NCBI GenBank assembly: GCA_017654855.1
Contig: CM030332.1
Location: 2,852,001-2,916,000, forward strand
Source: Podospora anserina
Taxonomy: Eukaryota
DNA length: 64,000 bases
Reading direction: 5' to 3'
Under the pieces are notes generated by a model that saw nothing but the letters and a program-made list of their open reading frames with translations, was not told the DNA's origin and searched no databases. Numbering within the stretch: the stretch's first letter is position 1; every line of letters begins with the position of its first letter. The translations under genes and the position numbers were made by a program. Below are positions 13,058-25,340 of this stretch, piece after piece.

Positions 13058-14804
13058 ATGTCATCTGAAAGAAGAAACAGCTTGTCGCCTCCTGAGAGGC
13101 GTGGCACCGTTGACCCTGGTGCTCATGACCTAGGTACTATTGCCAGACTTCTTTCTACTTCTTACTTGGAAACAATGCGCGAAACTAACTTTTTCCAGCG
13201 GAATCCGATTCCGAAGAACATTATTCCGACGCCCAGTCTGGGCCAGTTGGGTCAGCGCCTCCGTCACCCATCCCGAGAACCAGAGTCGAGAGGGTCGATG
13301 ACAAGCCTGCTTATGGGGAAGTCCCCGGCACCGAGGCTTACAGCAAGAGAGAAGGGGACGCCGAGCCGGACGAGATAGCTATCATCCCCGACCCCCTCGA
13401 CCCAACACCCGCCGAACCGGAACGTCACGCCCGGTCTCCCACCCCTGGCGGACATCCTATTCCCAAGACAGTGGTGGAGGAGGCACCAGATGCTGAGGGC
13501 TCAGTGACACACCCGGAGGTGGAGGAGAGACACAAGTCGGATCCGCATCCGGATGTGACCATCAAGGCTGACGGGAAGAGGGTGGAAGATAATGGTACGG
13601 ATGCGTAGTTCTTGCCTTTTTTTCTAGCACAGCCAGCCTGCTCTACACGCTTTCACTCTCTTTTCTGTTCTTCTATAGCTCAGCCGGTATTGACGTGTGG
13701 TTTTCCTGCGTAGATGCCCCAATATCACCGTCTTTAAGTACTCCTGTGTCGACACGCTCCAGAAGAAAGTCGTCAAATGCCAGTAAAAGACCCGCGCCAC
13801 TCAGCCCCACGTCACTGGGGCCTTCCGAGGGTGGAGATGATGCGGTGGAGGGCGATGAAGATGATGATGACGACTTTGGGGATGACTTTGACGACTTTGA
13901 AGAGGGCGGCAACGACGATGACTTTGGTGACTTTGACGACGGGTTCCAACAAGTCGAGGAGACACCGCCAGCACCTCCTCCACCAGCAGCGGCGCCAGCT
14001 CCGGCCCCAGCACCAGCTGCCCCCGCCCTATCATTTGTAAGCCTTCATTGCCCATCCAACCTATATATCATATGCTGACTTTGTCCATCTCAGCCTATAC
14101 CCACCTTTGACGACCTCGACCCCTCCGAAATCCACACCCTCACCGAGCCCTACCTCTCGGCCCTCTTCCCACCCCCAGACGCCGTCGACCCTCTGCCCTC
14201 CCTCTCCAACGAAAACCCCGTCTTCCTCACCCCCCGGTCCGCCTCCCTCTGGTCCCAACTCGTCGCCCCTCCCCCGCTCCAACCCCCAGATTGGATCCGC
14301 TCCCGCATCCGCCGGCTCTTCCTGGTCTCCCTCGGCGTGCCGGTAGACCTAGATGAGATCCTGCCCGCCTCCAAGCAAAAGAAACTCGTCCTCCCCTCCC
14401 TCCACCGGTCAACATCCAATGGCTCATTCCAATCTGGCGACTCAAGGAGTGTCTCCCGCGTCCGCGCGGCCGCATCGACAACATCGGTCGACTCCCAAGG
14501 AAACCTCAAACCCCCCAGGGCGTCAAAGAAACAACCTCAGACATCAGAGGGTGTAGACAGCAAAGAGAAGAGTTTGGATTTGCTAAAGGCAAGGCAGCTG
14601 TGCATGACCACCGACGAGGCGATGAACGGGATGACAGACAAGGAGTTGAGGGCGCATGTGGAGAGGTTGGAGAAGATGCAGTTTGAGGCAAAGGACGTGC
14701 TGGATTATTGGCAGAAGAAGATGGACGAGAAGATTGGGGATCGGGAGGCGTTTGAGAAGGTGATTGAGAACTTGGTGAAGCATGCTAGGAAGGCTAGGAA
14801 GTAG
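13058..14804 (+). CDS. Conserved fungal protein, DUF5102 / Laa2-aftiphilin-like AP-1 accessory candidate
   Basis: Exons 13058-13133, 13199-13594, 13714-14036, ~14093-14804; acidic DDFGDDFDDF and DDFGDF motifs; conserved WIRSRIRRLFLVSLGVPVDLDEILP block and C-terminal coiled coil. Confidence 0.7.
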
Positions 14805-15362
14805 ACTGGGAAAGGGGGTTGAACGGAATTACAAGGACAGAAAAAGTGTTGGAAAGGGAAAGGTTACGAAAAGGGCAGAAAGGTTCCAAGCAGGTTACCT
14901 TGAGGTTTTTGATTTATTACGGCAGTTACTAGTTAATGAAGGGGGAGAAAAAGGTTGCACAGGAGGCAAAATTATAGAGATAATAGACCAAGTTAGACAC
15001 ACTACTGGACCTTTGAGCGAAGATGCAACTGTTGATCCAGATATCCATGCTTTCTGTCAAACATAAAGTTCTGTTTGCTGGCATGACTTTGAGGACGCCC
15101 TTTTCGGAGCTGCATGAATGTCTTTCAACTGTGAAAATACACATGAGCAGTTATTATGTATCGCTACGTATATAAATTCCGAGTGGGCAATTCAGAAAAA
15201 AACAGGCAATCCCTTTATTTTCGCTACTCTACCCCAGTCTTGGCATATAAACACCACCACCCCCCCCGCCTCCCTGCCTAACATTTTGTGAACCATGCAG
15301 CAAAGAGCAGATGAGAACCCCTCTCATTCTACCGTCATTATCATCAAAATATAGTAGGGTGT

Positions 15363-17009
15363 TTAAGCGGTGACGGGCTCGACCGTTACGCCACTGTTTG
15401 ACTCAGTTAGCAAAATATTCATGAAGATCAAGAAAACCAGAGGGGGAAAACTTACGCAGCGATGGTAGCCCAACCAATGAGACGCCAATGCTTCTCGATA
15501 CGTCTGCTAAGCGCAACCTTCTCGCCAATCTTTGTGCAAGCAGGAGATGTAAGCTGGAGCTTGGCAGCATCCTTCTTGATGGCAACAACCTTGGCACCGG
15601 TGGAGGTGGAACCAATGTTGACCATGATAACCTCGTTCTTCGCAAGCTTGTCGACCTTGGCCTGCTTGCCGTCGGCCGTCTTGACACCGAGGAGGCGGCG
15701 GAGGAGGTAGAAGTTGACCTCGATCTCACTGTAGATGTCGGGGAGGCGGCCCTTGAGACCGAGGACGAAACCGACAAGACGATCGGCTCTGCAGAGGGTA
15801 GGGTCGATGCGGGTACCGACACCAATAAGACCGCCGGGAACGGCGTACTTCAGCTCGTTGGCCTCAGAGTTGAGAGACACAATACGGCTGAAAATGGGCG
15901 TGCACTTGAGATCACCCCTCTCGTCGCGAGTAACGATGCCGGGGCGGATCTCAATCTCGTCACCGAGCTTGAGCAGACCGTGAAGAACGGAACCACCAGC
16001 AACACCACCCTTAAGCTCCTCAATCTCGGCACCGGGCTTGTTGACGTCGAACGACCGAATGACGATCATGTGGGGGTCCATGGAGAAATCCCTAGGAGGG
16101 ATGGGGATGGTATTGACGATAGCGTCGTTGATGGCGTCGATGTTGAACTTGAGCTGGGCCGAAATGGGGATAATCGGCGACTTGCCAGCGACTGTGCCTC
16201 TGATGAACTTGAGAATAGACTCGTGGTGCTGCTTGGCAGCCTCTTCTCTCATAAGATCGACCTTATTCTGGAGAATGATGATCTTGTCCAACTTCATAAT
16301 CTCGATGGCGGCCAAATGCTCAGAGGTTTGAGGCTGAGGGCAAGATTCGTTACCGGCAATGAGAAGAAGGGCGGCGTCCATGACGGCGGCACCTGACAAC
16401 ATGGTACTCATGAGAATATCGTGACCGGGGCAATCAACAAAGCTGGTTCTTGTTAGCAACTTTCCTCAGCAGCCGCTCGCCTCTGTGTGATACTTACGAG
16501 ACATGGCGCAACAGTCTGTAAGTTCCTGTGCAGCCCTCACGCTCGCAAGGAGGGTCAACCTCCTTCTCGCTCTTGTAGCTCCTGTAGCATGTCGGCCTTG
16601 GGCATTCTGGGCTATCGCACTTGTAGATCTTGGCGTTGGCATAACCCAGCTTGATGGTAATGTTGCGGATCAGTTCGTTCTTGAAACGAACGGTCTGGAC
16701 GCCAGAGATGGCCTTGACGACTGTGGACTTTCCGTGAGCGACGTGGCCGATAGTACCGATGTTGATGGTCGCTTGCCGCGCAATAATCTCGGCTGTGAGG
16801 GGGGTAAGGCTCTTGATGTCGAGGTCCTTGGGGTCTGTTTGAGGGGGCAGAGGTGGTCTCTGGACAACTGGGGCAGGGGCGCTCTTCTTCAGGGCCGACT
16901 TGGGCTTGTCGAGGAGGTCGTTGTCGGAATCATGGATATCGACCTGGGACTCGCCGGAGTCTGAATCCGACTCGGGGATATCGTTACCGAATTTGTCGTT
17001 GGCCGACAT
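15363..17009 (-). CDS. GCD11: Translation initiation factor eIF2 gamma subunit
   Basis: [61 protein letters not shown]; two introns; TAA 15365-15363. Confidence 0.97.
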
Positions 17010-17320
17010 GGTGATGGCTTCGTTCGGCGGCGGGGTAGTTGGTTTTGGGGTCTTCCTGTGGTTGTTTCGGCGCGCCGGTTTGGTCGCTCGATCAAGTACT
17101 CGGCGAAGTTTTCTTTATGAGGGCGACGCGGTGGCTGCGTTGCGTGGTTTGCGGAATTGCCGGTGGAGGAAGATGCCGACCAAAAGCAAAGGGTGGGATA
17201 TAGTATTTGGAAGAATTTCGTGTGCAGTCATACACATTTGCGACTCATCCTTGCCTTACCACTGGTGGTGCTGCTCTAAACTTTAACCAATAAAGGTTAG
17301 CGCCACCTGCCCCACCATGA

Positions 17321-17340
17321 CCGATAAGCCCCGATAAGCC
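17321..17340 (-). promoter_or_regulatory. Tandem GGCTTATCGG (CGATAAG) motif upstream of GCD11
   Basis: Perfect 10-bp direct repeat ccgataagcc x2, ~310 bp upstream of the ATG; same core is doubled upstream of RPA135. Confidence 0.5.
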
Positions 17341-20300
17341 TCCAGATGTGGGACGATTCACTTTGAGCTCACCTCGTGAACAATTAAATGGAGACTGCTC
17401 TTGGGTTTTCACATTGGAACTGCCATTATTCTGTCCACAATCTGATACTTTGCTCTCGAGTCTAAACAATGCTAACTGTAAACCTCATAATAGCAAAAAG
17501 GGTCTTAACAATAGCAAGGAGACCTGGCACTTCGTCCAGTTCCAATAGCTTCAACTGTACGTTAGCACTGTCAAAGAAACAGAGTTGGCCAGTGTCAAGA
17601 CCTGTCAAGGACCCGGTTGCAGCTCCCAGCCTATTCACTCATGGATAGGTAGCTATTGTCATCCATCCAATAACCTGAGGCATCACATGCTCCCCTGAGC
17701 AAGACTGAAGCTCACAGTCACACAGGATACGGCATGACATCACTTTGGATGTTCAATCCTGTTGAAGTTCTCCTTTCTTTCTTCAGAGTGGCTCTTGGAA
17801 ATTACCCACATCATTGAAGACTCCAGAAGGCGCGAATATGAGTTTATTCACTTTAACTGGTGACATGGCTGTCACGGAAGCTAAGGGTCAGAAAGTCATG
17901 TGGCAGAGATGCACTATTCACCATAACCATAACAGTCACAGGTTCACTTTGCCTTGGTGAGTTCATGACACCGACGCTTCGACTCGAATGATCATGTTTT
18001 GAGAACCAATACGTTTGTGGTTATAATGCTATTCTTAGGGGAAAAGGGGCGTATCTTTAGACAAAGACCAGCCATTCCCTGCTTCGTTATATGTGGAATC
18101 TGCTGCTCACCACGTGGACCTTCCTTTGCTTTGCGGCTGTTCAACACGGCCGCTGTTGAAGTGATCCCACGTCAAAGTCAACAGCAGACTACCTCTTTAG
18201 ACGAGTGTGACAACAAAGGCAACTTATCTCGTTTCACCCCTAGAAAGATATCACTGTGAGTCCAACCTCACATCTGCCGAAATTTACAAAGTTGTCCTAG
18301 AACGCGAAAAGAAAAGATGCTAAACAATCACAACATTACTTCCAAGGACTGCTCAGTGGTAATACGGAATCCACAGCAATGTGCTGAAAATCAGCGGAGA
18401 ATTCTGCTATCAGACTAATCATCAAATCAAATCTAGAGGGTCTGTCTGGACTCAGTCGTGAACGGTGGGTCTACTGAGTGCCTCACAGCATCACTTTTCA
18501 TTTCAGTCCTCACACACGGAAGTTATCTAAGTGAAAAGAACTGGGTATACCATTCAACATTAGCATAGCTTTCACGCTAGATACACAATCTTGCTACGAT
18601 TATAAGCTTCTTGCCCATGGTATATCACGAAGCCACTTGTCTAAGTCCTCATAGACAAGAGGGTTGCTGGGGCCCTATAAAGATGTCTCAAGTCCTTTCC
18701 CTCTATTCAAAGTTATTGCCCTGAATTGTACTGACCTGATATATATCCTCTGCTCTCTCTCCGAACGTGGCTCAGTACTAACATCCTTCCCTGACTCCTC
18801 GTCATCACAAGTCACATGTTTCCTCTTGATGTTCAAGCTTGATCACACAGATCCACAAAAAAAGATAAAAAACGCATCAGATGAAGCCAGCCAGTCAGGT
18901 AATTCCACAATCATCATTGGCCAGCTCATTCACCACCGTTCAACTTCCACGTGTCGGGCAAAGCTAAGATCAAACCCCAGAAAACCACGAACCCACTGCT
19001 GCCTTGCAGAGTCAGTTGAAAGACTAAATACTCCACATACAAAGCTGCCTTTCTTATTGGAAGTGAATGGTCCCATTGCACCAACTAAAAGCCTGGTTAT
19101 GTTTCATGTTTGAGAAGTGAAGCAGTCATTGGAGGCTATGTCTGCCAGGTTTTGTTGTCATTGCCTAAGCCCAAGGTAGGTACATTTTGCATGTGGGTTT
19201 CGTTGTGAGCTGCGTGACATTGAAGGCGACGATCCCATGTGTCATCTCAGTGGTGTTTAACGAGATCGAAGCCGAATCACGGTGAGCTCAAAATAGCTTC
19301 AAGATATGAAGGTCATGTGCGTGGTCCTTGTTCAGCCAGCACAGCAACAGTCTAGAACCACATCCCCAAGCCTCTTCAGCTCAGTGGCAGTAGTCTACCA
19401 GCGTAACACCACTAACCAGTGATCTAGAAGCACTCCGAGACGATCACTCCCTCGTATGCCCATCTGTAACAGCCGCAAGTCAAGTTTGACATAAACGACC
19501 CGCATAAGCCACGAACGACACGCAAACTTCCTTTTCAGCCCTCCCTAGCAAAAGTTTCAGCCCTGAAGCCTCCTATCCACTTGCGACTCCGGGCACACTC
19601 TCGGGGGCTGTGGAGAAAAAAGAATGTGACTGGCCATGTGGCCACCTACGGTCAGAGAACAGCGGCATCCGGAAGAAATTCCTAGCGAGGAAGAGGAAGA
19701 GGTGTCTGTGATGGGCATATCTCTGCCCTAGTTGTACATAAACTACCGGGTGTAGGACAAACCACCCGTCCACCCACCACTCCAACACCAACCCCGCCCT
19801 CAGAACGGAACACAAGCAGGATTACGATAATGGAAAGAATGCAGAGGTCTCTTTTTTCTGGGACACGATTAGCGTGCTCGATGCTATTCATACATCGAAA
19901 GGAGCCAGAAAATCAATATTCTTGGTAAGCTAACGGCATAGAAGTGGGCAAATATCGCCCAAGCCAAGGGCTCCCAGCGGGTTCCCAGTGCCACGGCCCT
20001 TTCTCGATCCCCCAATCTATCTGGGGCGTCACTAGCGGTCTGATCACGGGTTGCTACCGTTGAGTTCGCAGTTTGCTTCTGCACACACACTAGACTACCT
20101 AGCAAGGTCTTTCCATGACTTCATGACAGAAGAAAGTTTTGTAAGAGCCCGATGCCGTGGGGTACCACCTACCTTGGGGCATACAACAGAGAGAGAGCGG
20201 GGAAACGAATTGCCAAATCCAGACTGTGTGTGAAAAAAAACGCTTGCTGACGATAATTTTCTCAATCTAAACTGGAATGTTGACTATATAATTAGCAGCG

Positions 20301-22611
20301 ATAGTCTGCGGGAGGGAGGGGTGTGATGGCCAGACTCTTGCAGACTGTCGAGCCCGTTGATGGAACCCGAAGCGCGGTCACCAACATGTGTGTAAGCTGG
20401 TGGTGGTGCCCGTTACACAGCGTTGAACCAGGACAAGAAGTCTATATTGATAACCATTATAGACATCCATCGTAAGCACGGTAGTCGGATCTTGCACCAG
20501 ATGTGGTATGTGGGTTAATTAACATGATGTGGTTCCGCTGCACAACCACCGAGGATTATTGGACTCTTGGGAAAAGAAGTGCAACATTTAGCACCCTAAA
20601 AATATGGCAGAGATGGTGGGTAAAAATCCGGTTCTGTATGTGGTGATCATGCACGGGACGAGCACCAGTGACACCTACCGGGACAATTTTGTCCTAATCA
20701 GGATTTTTTGCCCATACTCTCAAGGTCTGCCTCGTTGCTGGGAGAATCCGCAGCTGAATTTTGTGTGCCTTTTTCCAAATTGAAGCGAGCTGTTGGCTTG
20801 GCTTGTACCTTTCGCCTGCTAGGTGCCAGTATCAGCCTGGAGCATCGTGAGGATGTCGACCGCTAGAAAACTCTCGCTTGCCTCGGTTGAACCGGTTGAA
20901 TTAAGATGCTGATGTTGGTCCACCATCTTGGGTCTTATGTGAGCAGAGATAACGAGAGATATCCTGGGACGGGCCTTGGGGATGAGGATGGTTTTGATTC
21001 ATGAAGAGCTGGCCCCGAGACAACGACAACAACGGTTGAAGCCTTCAAAGGCGGGGTCATGATAAAGCTCTATTCGAGGCCCAGGTCGTACATTCCATTC
21101 ATGTGCCACTCGGTTGACAAAAAGGTCCTTTCTGAAGGCAAAAAAGGTGAAGGCCAGTCGTCGGACTCTTGGAGCTGGCTGGCTGGGCAAGAGGGGACGT
21201 CGGCCGCTGTGTGGCACGGCTTACCGCTGAGCTGCATGACCGGCAGAGAGATCACAGAATGCTAGTCGCTGATTGGATGCCTGCTTTCAAGCAATCCGAA
21301 CCCCACAGGGTTAGACGCAGATCATTGGTGGCAGCAACGGCAGGGGTGGCAGCTGCACGACAGGGGGAGTCCAACCTCAACTCGACGACAGTCACTCTCT
21401 TGCCGCCCAACCAGCGACTGTCCCGCCCAGGCCGGCGTCCAACCTCACGCTCTTTCGGCAGAAATGGTCCTGCTCGACCCAGGCCTCCATCCAATAGATT
21501 CCAAACACTTGCATATGCGCCAGCCCCGCCCCGGGTTGCGACGACTTTGAGCGCCAAGCACCGCCAGAGAATGAGTCCTCTCTCGTCCCTCTCGCCGTGG
21601 AACAGATCGAGCATCACCACCCGCCCGGCCATGTTCCATGAACCCGAGCACATGTTTCTGCAGCCATTGATGGGCCGAGTAGCTTCTGATGACACGGTGA
21701 AGAGGCTTCCAAGAACGCTGCTTGTAGCTCTGGGCATTTGCAGTTAAACGGTGGTAGTATTAGTCTTTTTCTCTCACTACTTGTGCTGTTTAAGTCCCAA
21801 GCTCCGAGCACTATGCACGCACTTCGGTACCATCACCCATGACACCCCCCAAGGTCCCATTTCCCTCAACCAACAGCGTATTGCTATATTGAGATGCCCC
21901 TCTTTGCGAGCTAGGACCAGTGTCCTCCGCTTATCTAGCAGATTTCTCTAGCCTTGATGATCGTCGGGACTCTTCTTCCCTCTTGTCATCCATTGTGAAG
22001 TGAGACTCTTCTCCTGTACTTCTTCCTTCCAGGTTTCCTTCTAGACCGCCAGGAACATCAGGAACACGCTCCTGTAGCCAGCATCTGCAACCCACCCGCA
22101 GGTCTCTCTTCGGGCCGCCCAGCAAAACTAGCTCCAGTGCCGCTCCGTCACTCCAGTGGGCGTCTATTTTCCATCACGAGTCGCCCGGGCTTTATTGGCA
22201 GCTTGGTACCTCGCCCTATCAGAGCCGCTTGCTGGGAAAATACCCCCTGTCCACCGTGGGTGTCCCCATTGCACCCGTTGCCTCCCTCATCGGACCACTC
22301 ACTCACACCTCCCTGCAGCTGCGAGGCCTGCATGCTGTGTAAGTGGTAGTGGCAGCGGCTATTCAAATCCCACCACCCCCCCAAGAGAGCGCCATCTTTT
22401 TCCGGAATTCCTTTCCTTTGGCAGCTGGGCTCTCTTAACCACACCCTTTCCCTTGGTTCTGTTCCGCCACCGTCCTCTTTATTGAAGACTGGTATCTTCC
22501 TTCTCTTCAACTTGCCGTCCATCTTTGTAGGTGTTATCGCCGCCTACACACAACACCAAGCAACAAAAAAGGAAGAAGGGAGAAACGACTTTACTGTCGT
22601 TGTCGTCCACG

Positions 22612-24175
22612 ATGGGTCTCGACGAAAAGAAGCGGCCAACGGCCTTGAACCTCGCACCGATCCGGACCAAGTCAGCCGGCTCCATCTCTTCTACAGACTC
22701 CTCATCCACATCCTCGTCTTTGGCCAAGCCTCCCAGGACACCACGGTTCGCCGAAGCTACAGCAGTAAACTCACCTATCGAGCCGAGATTGGGACCCTTT
22801 TCTGACAAGCACGAAATCACTCAGGCGCAGCCAGGAGATGTTGGATTTGGTTATATCGGAAACAGGGGATCAACAGTACCAATGACGCCAAAGTCGCCCT
22901 TGAAGAGCGCCATGAGAGTACCAGGCACACCCGGCAGGGGATTGACAAACCCCCTGAGCCCCACCTTCAGAGAAGAGGAGAACCTGGAGGCGCGGGAGAA
23001 GATCACAGAGAAGGACCAGGCTAGGGATTTGGTAAGTGAAGGATGATAAGAGGTTGGTTTGTGCGAATATGGACTAACAATCACGGCAGAAAATCAAGAC
23101 CAGAGTAAGAATGGCCAAGTTCGCCCTCCGTGGTGTCAACTTCAGCTGCTCCCTGATTATCTTGTCCATGATCTCGGCCTCGTTCGCCATTTTCAACGCC
23201 ACCAAGGCTCTTGCACCTATGAGCGGTCTTCCGGCTTGGTCCAACAACACAAACACCTGGCCTCAGAAAGTCGTTCTCGCCTGTGCTGGTGTCTCGCTCA
23301 TCATCTGCGTTTGTGTCTTTGTTGGCTACTGCCGTGGTGGTCACAGGAGAGCGGAGAAGGTCGGCGTCTATTACACTCTGTTCGCGGTCGGCTGGTTCAT
23401 TTTCAGTATGGCTATGTGGGCTGCGGCCGCCGGAATCCTCCAGCACTCCAAGTCCAACAGCGGTAACCAGGATATGTGGGGATGGGCCTGCGTCGAAAAC
23501 CGTCGATCCGAACTCTTTGGCGGCCAAGTCGACTACGCCCTTGTCTGCCGCCTCCAGGACTGGACTCTTATTTGCATCATTATCGAGTTGGTGGTCGAGA
23601 TCATCAGCATCACGCTTTACAGCGTCGTCTTTTACCGATACTGGTCGAAGAGGAAGCTTCACAAGTCGATGGACATGCGCGACAAGGCCCGCTCCGATCT
23701 CTACCTCGCCCAGCTTCGCAGCCAGTCCGCCCCCAACACACCTGGCTTCGGCCCCAAGTCGCCCGCCTTCTCGCAATATGCTCTTTCCCCTCGCTTCCCG
23801 CCCACCACCTACAAGTCTTTGGGCGATATCCAGGAGAACACCTCCGATTCGCCCTTCACTCCTGGTGGCAACAACCTCATTGTTCCTCAGTCCAACTTCA
23901 CTCCCCAACAGGCTGCCTTCAAGCTTCAGGCCCCGCCTACCAAAGCTAACCCGGCTACTCCGTCAACACCAAAGTCCGGATACAAGCCACCAACGGCGGC
24001 CGATCTTTCACCCTCCTCGATCACCGCCCCTGCTTTCCCGGCACCTACAGTTCAGCATGCGCCAATGGTAGAGGGCGAGCAGCAGTACGAGGCGGTACCC
24101 ATCCCCGGTGCCTACGCCGGGCAAGCGATCAAGTCACCACCACCTGTTCAGACAACATTCAACATCCCACGATAA
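22612..24175 (+). CDS. ham-8: Hyphal anastomosis protein HAM-8-like (four-TM, MARVEL-like)
   Basis: Exons 22612-23031 and 23090-24175; RTPRFAEAT, PKSPLKSAMRVPGTPGR, NPLSPTFREE, VRMAKFALRGVNFSCSLI, four hydrophobic helices, RDKARSDLYLAQLR. Confidence 0.8.
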
Positions 24176-25340
24176 ATGGGGTCGCTTGAATGGACAAGGG
24201 ATGACGGCAGCAAGCCCTGGTCGTTTTGCATGTATACATTTCTTTTCTCTCAGCCTTTTGTTTTCTTATGTTTTTTCTCTTTGTCGACAACTACTCTGCC
24301 CTTTGGTGGCTGTCTGCCTTCTTTCTAAACCCAAACTTTTTTCTTTCCTTTTTTGTCTGTTTGGATATACCAATGGCGTTTGACGGCGCGAAGAACTTGA
24401 TCTTACAAAGTGTGGACGGCACTCGTTCTTTTTTTACAACCTCTAATTTGGATGGACTGGAGGTGGACTATATGTACATTATTACACTGTGGCTTTTTTG
24501 GCATGAGCGATCAGAAAGATATTACCTTTTCGCTGTGCGAGAATAGCGAGGATGATATGAAAGGGGACCATGTTGGACGTGGGAAATGATATCTGGGTGG
24601 GTGAGATGAGAAAGACATTTTTTCGTAAATAGCAAAACAAGAAAATTGTCTGAACCTTTGAGATTGTGTATTTGGTGATGGGAGTATGTGATACGTGTGA
24701 TGGCTTGAATTGTGTGCTTGATGCAAGTCATTGCTATGTTTCGATTGTGCAACCGCCATGTTGAGATATGTGGTTGATGTGGCAGTATTGATGGCCCCAA
24801 AAGGGGGTGGGCAGGAGATGGGGTCAATATCTCGAGGTTGTCAAGGTGGTTACGGCGTCAACTTGATCACATCTTTCAGTTTCAACTTTGGTGTGATAGA
24901 TAACTTCAACACGGAAAGTAGGGCCTCGCCTCATCACAGCCGTTCTCTGGAAAAATAATGTTAGACGGTTGTAACTATAGGCGCGGGCAATTCAGGGGTC
25001 CACCAAGAGATGAGATGACATGACACTAACAATTTTATTTTGGGTACCTCTAATTATGCACAAGCCAACCTGACTCTCCATCCCATCTCTGCGATCCTCT
25101 CCTGATTCTGTTCTGTGTTTGTTTTTTTTGCTCCGTTGTTTCTTCGCCTTCTTTTCTTACCAATTAGACTTGCTTGCTTGTCCCTGACCGACCATACATA
25201 CCCCTTACCCAACCGCCACAACTCACCCATCACCCCGAGTCGTCATCGTGCATTGTGCGCGCTGCCCGCCGCCCATCCCCTATCACGAGCTTCCCTCGCG
25301 CGCGCGCAAAACCACTTCACACACACACGAGAACCGAACA

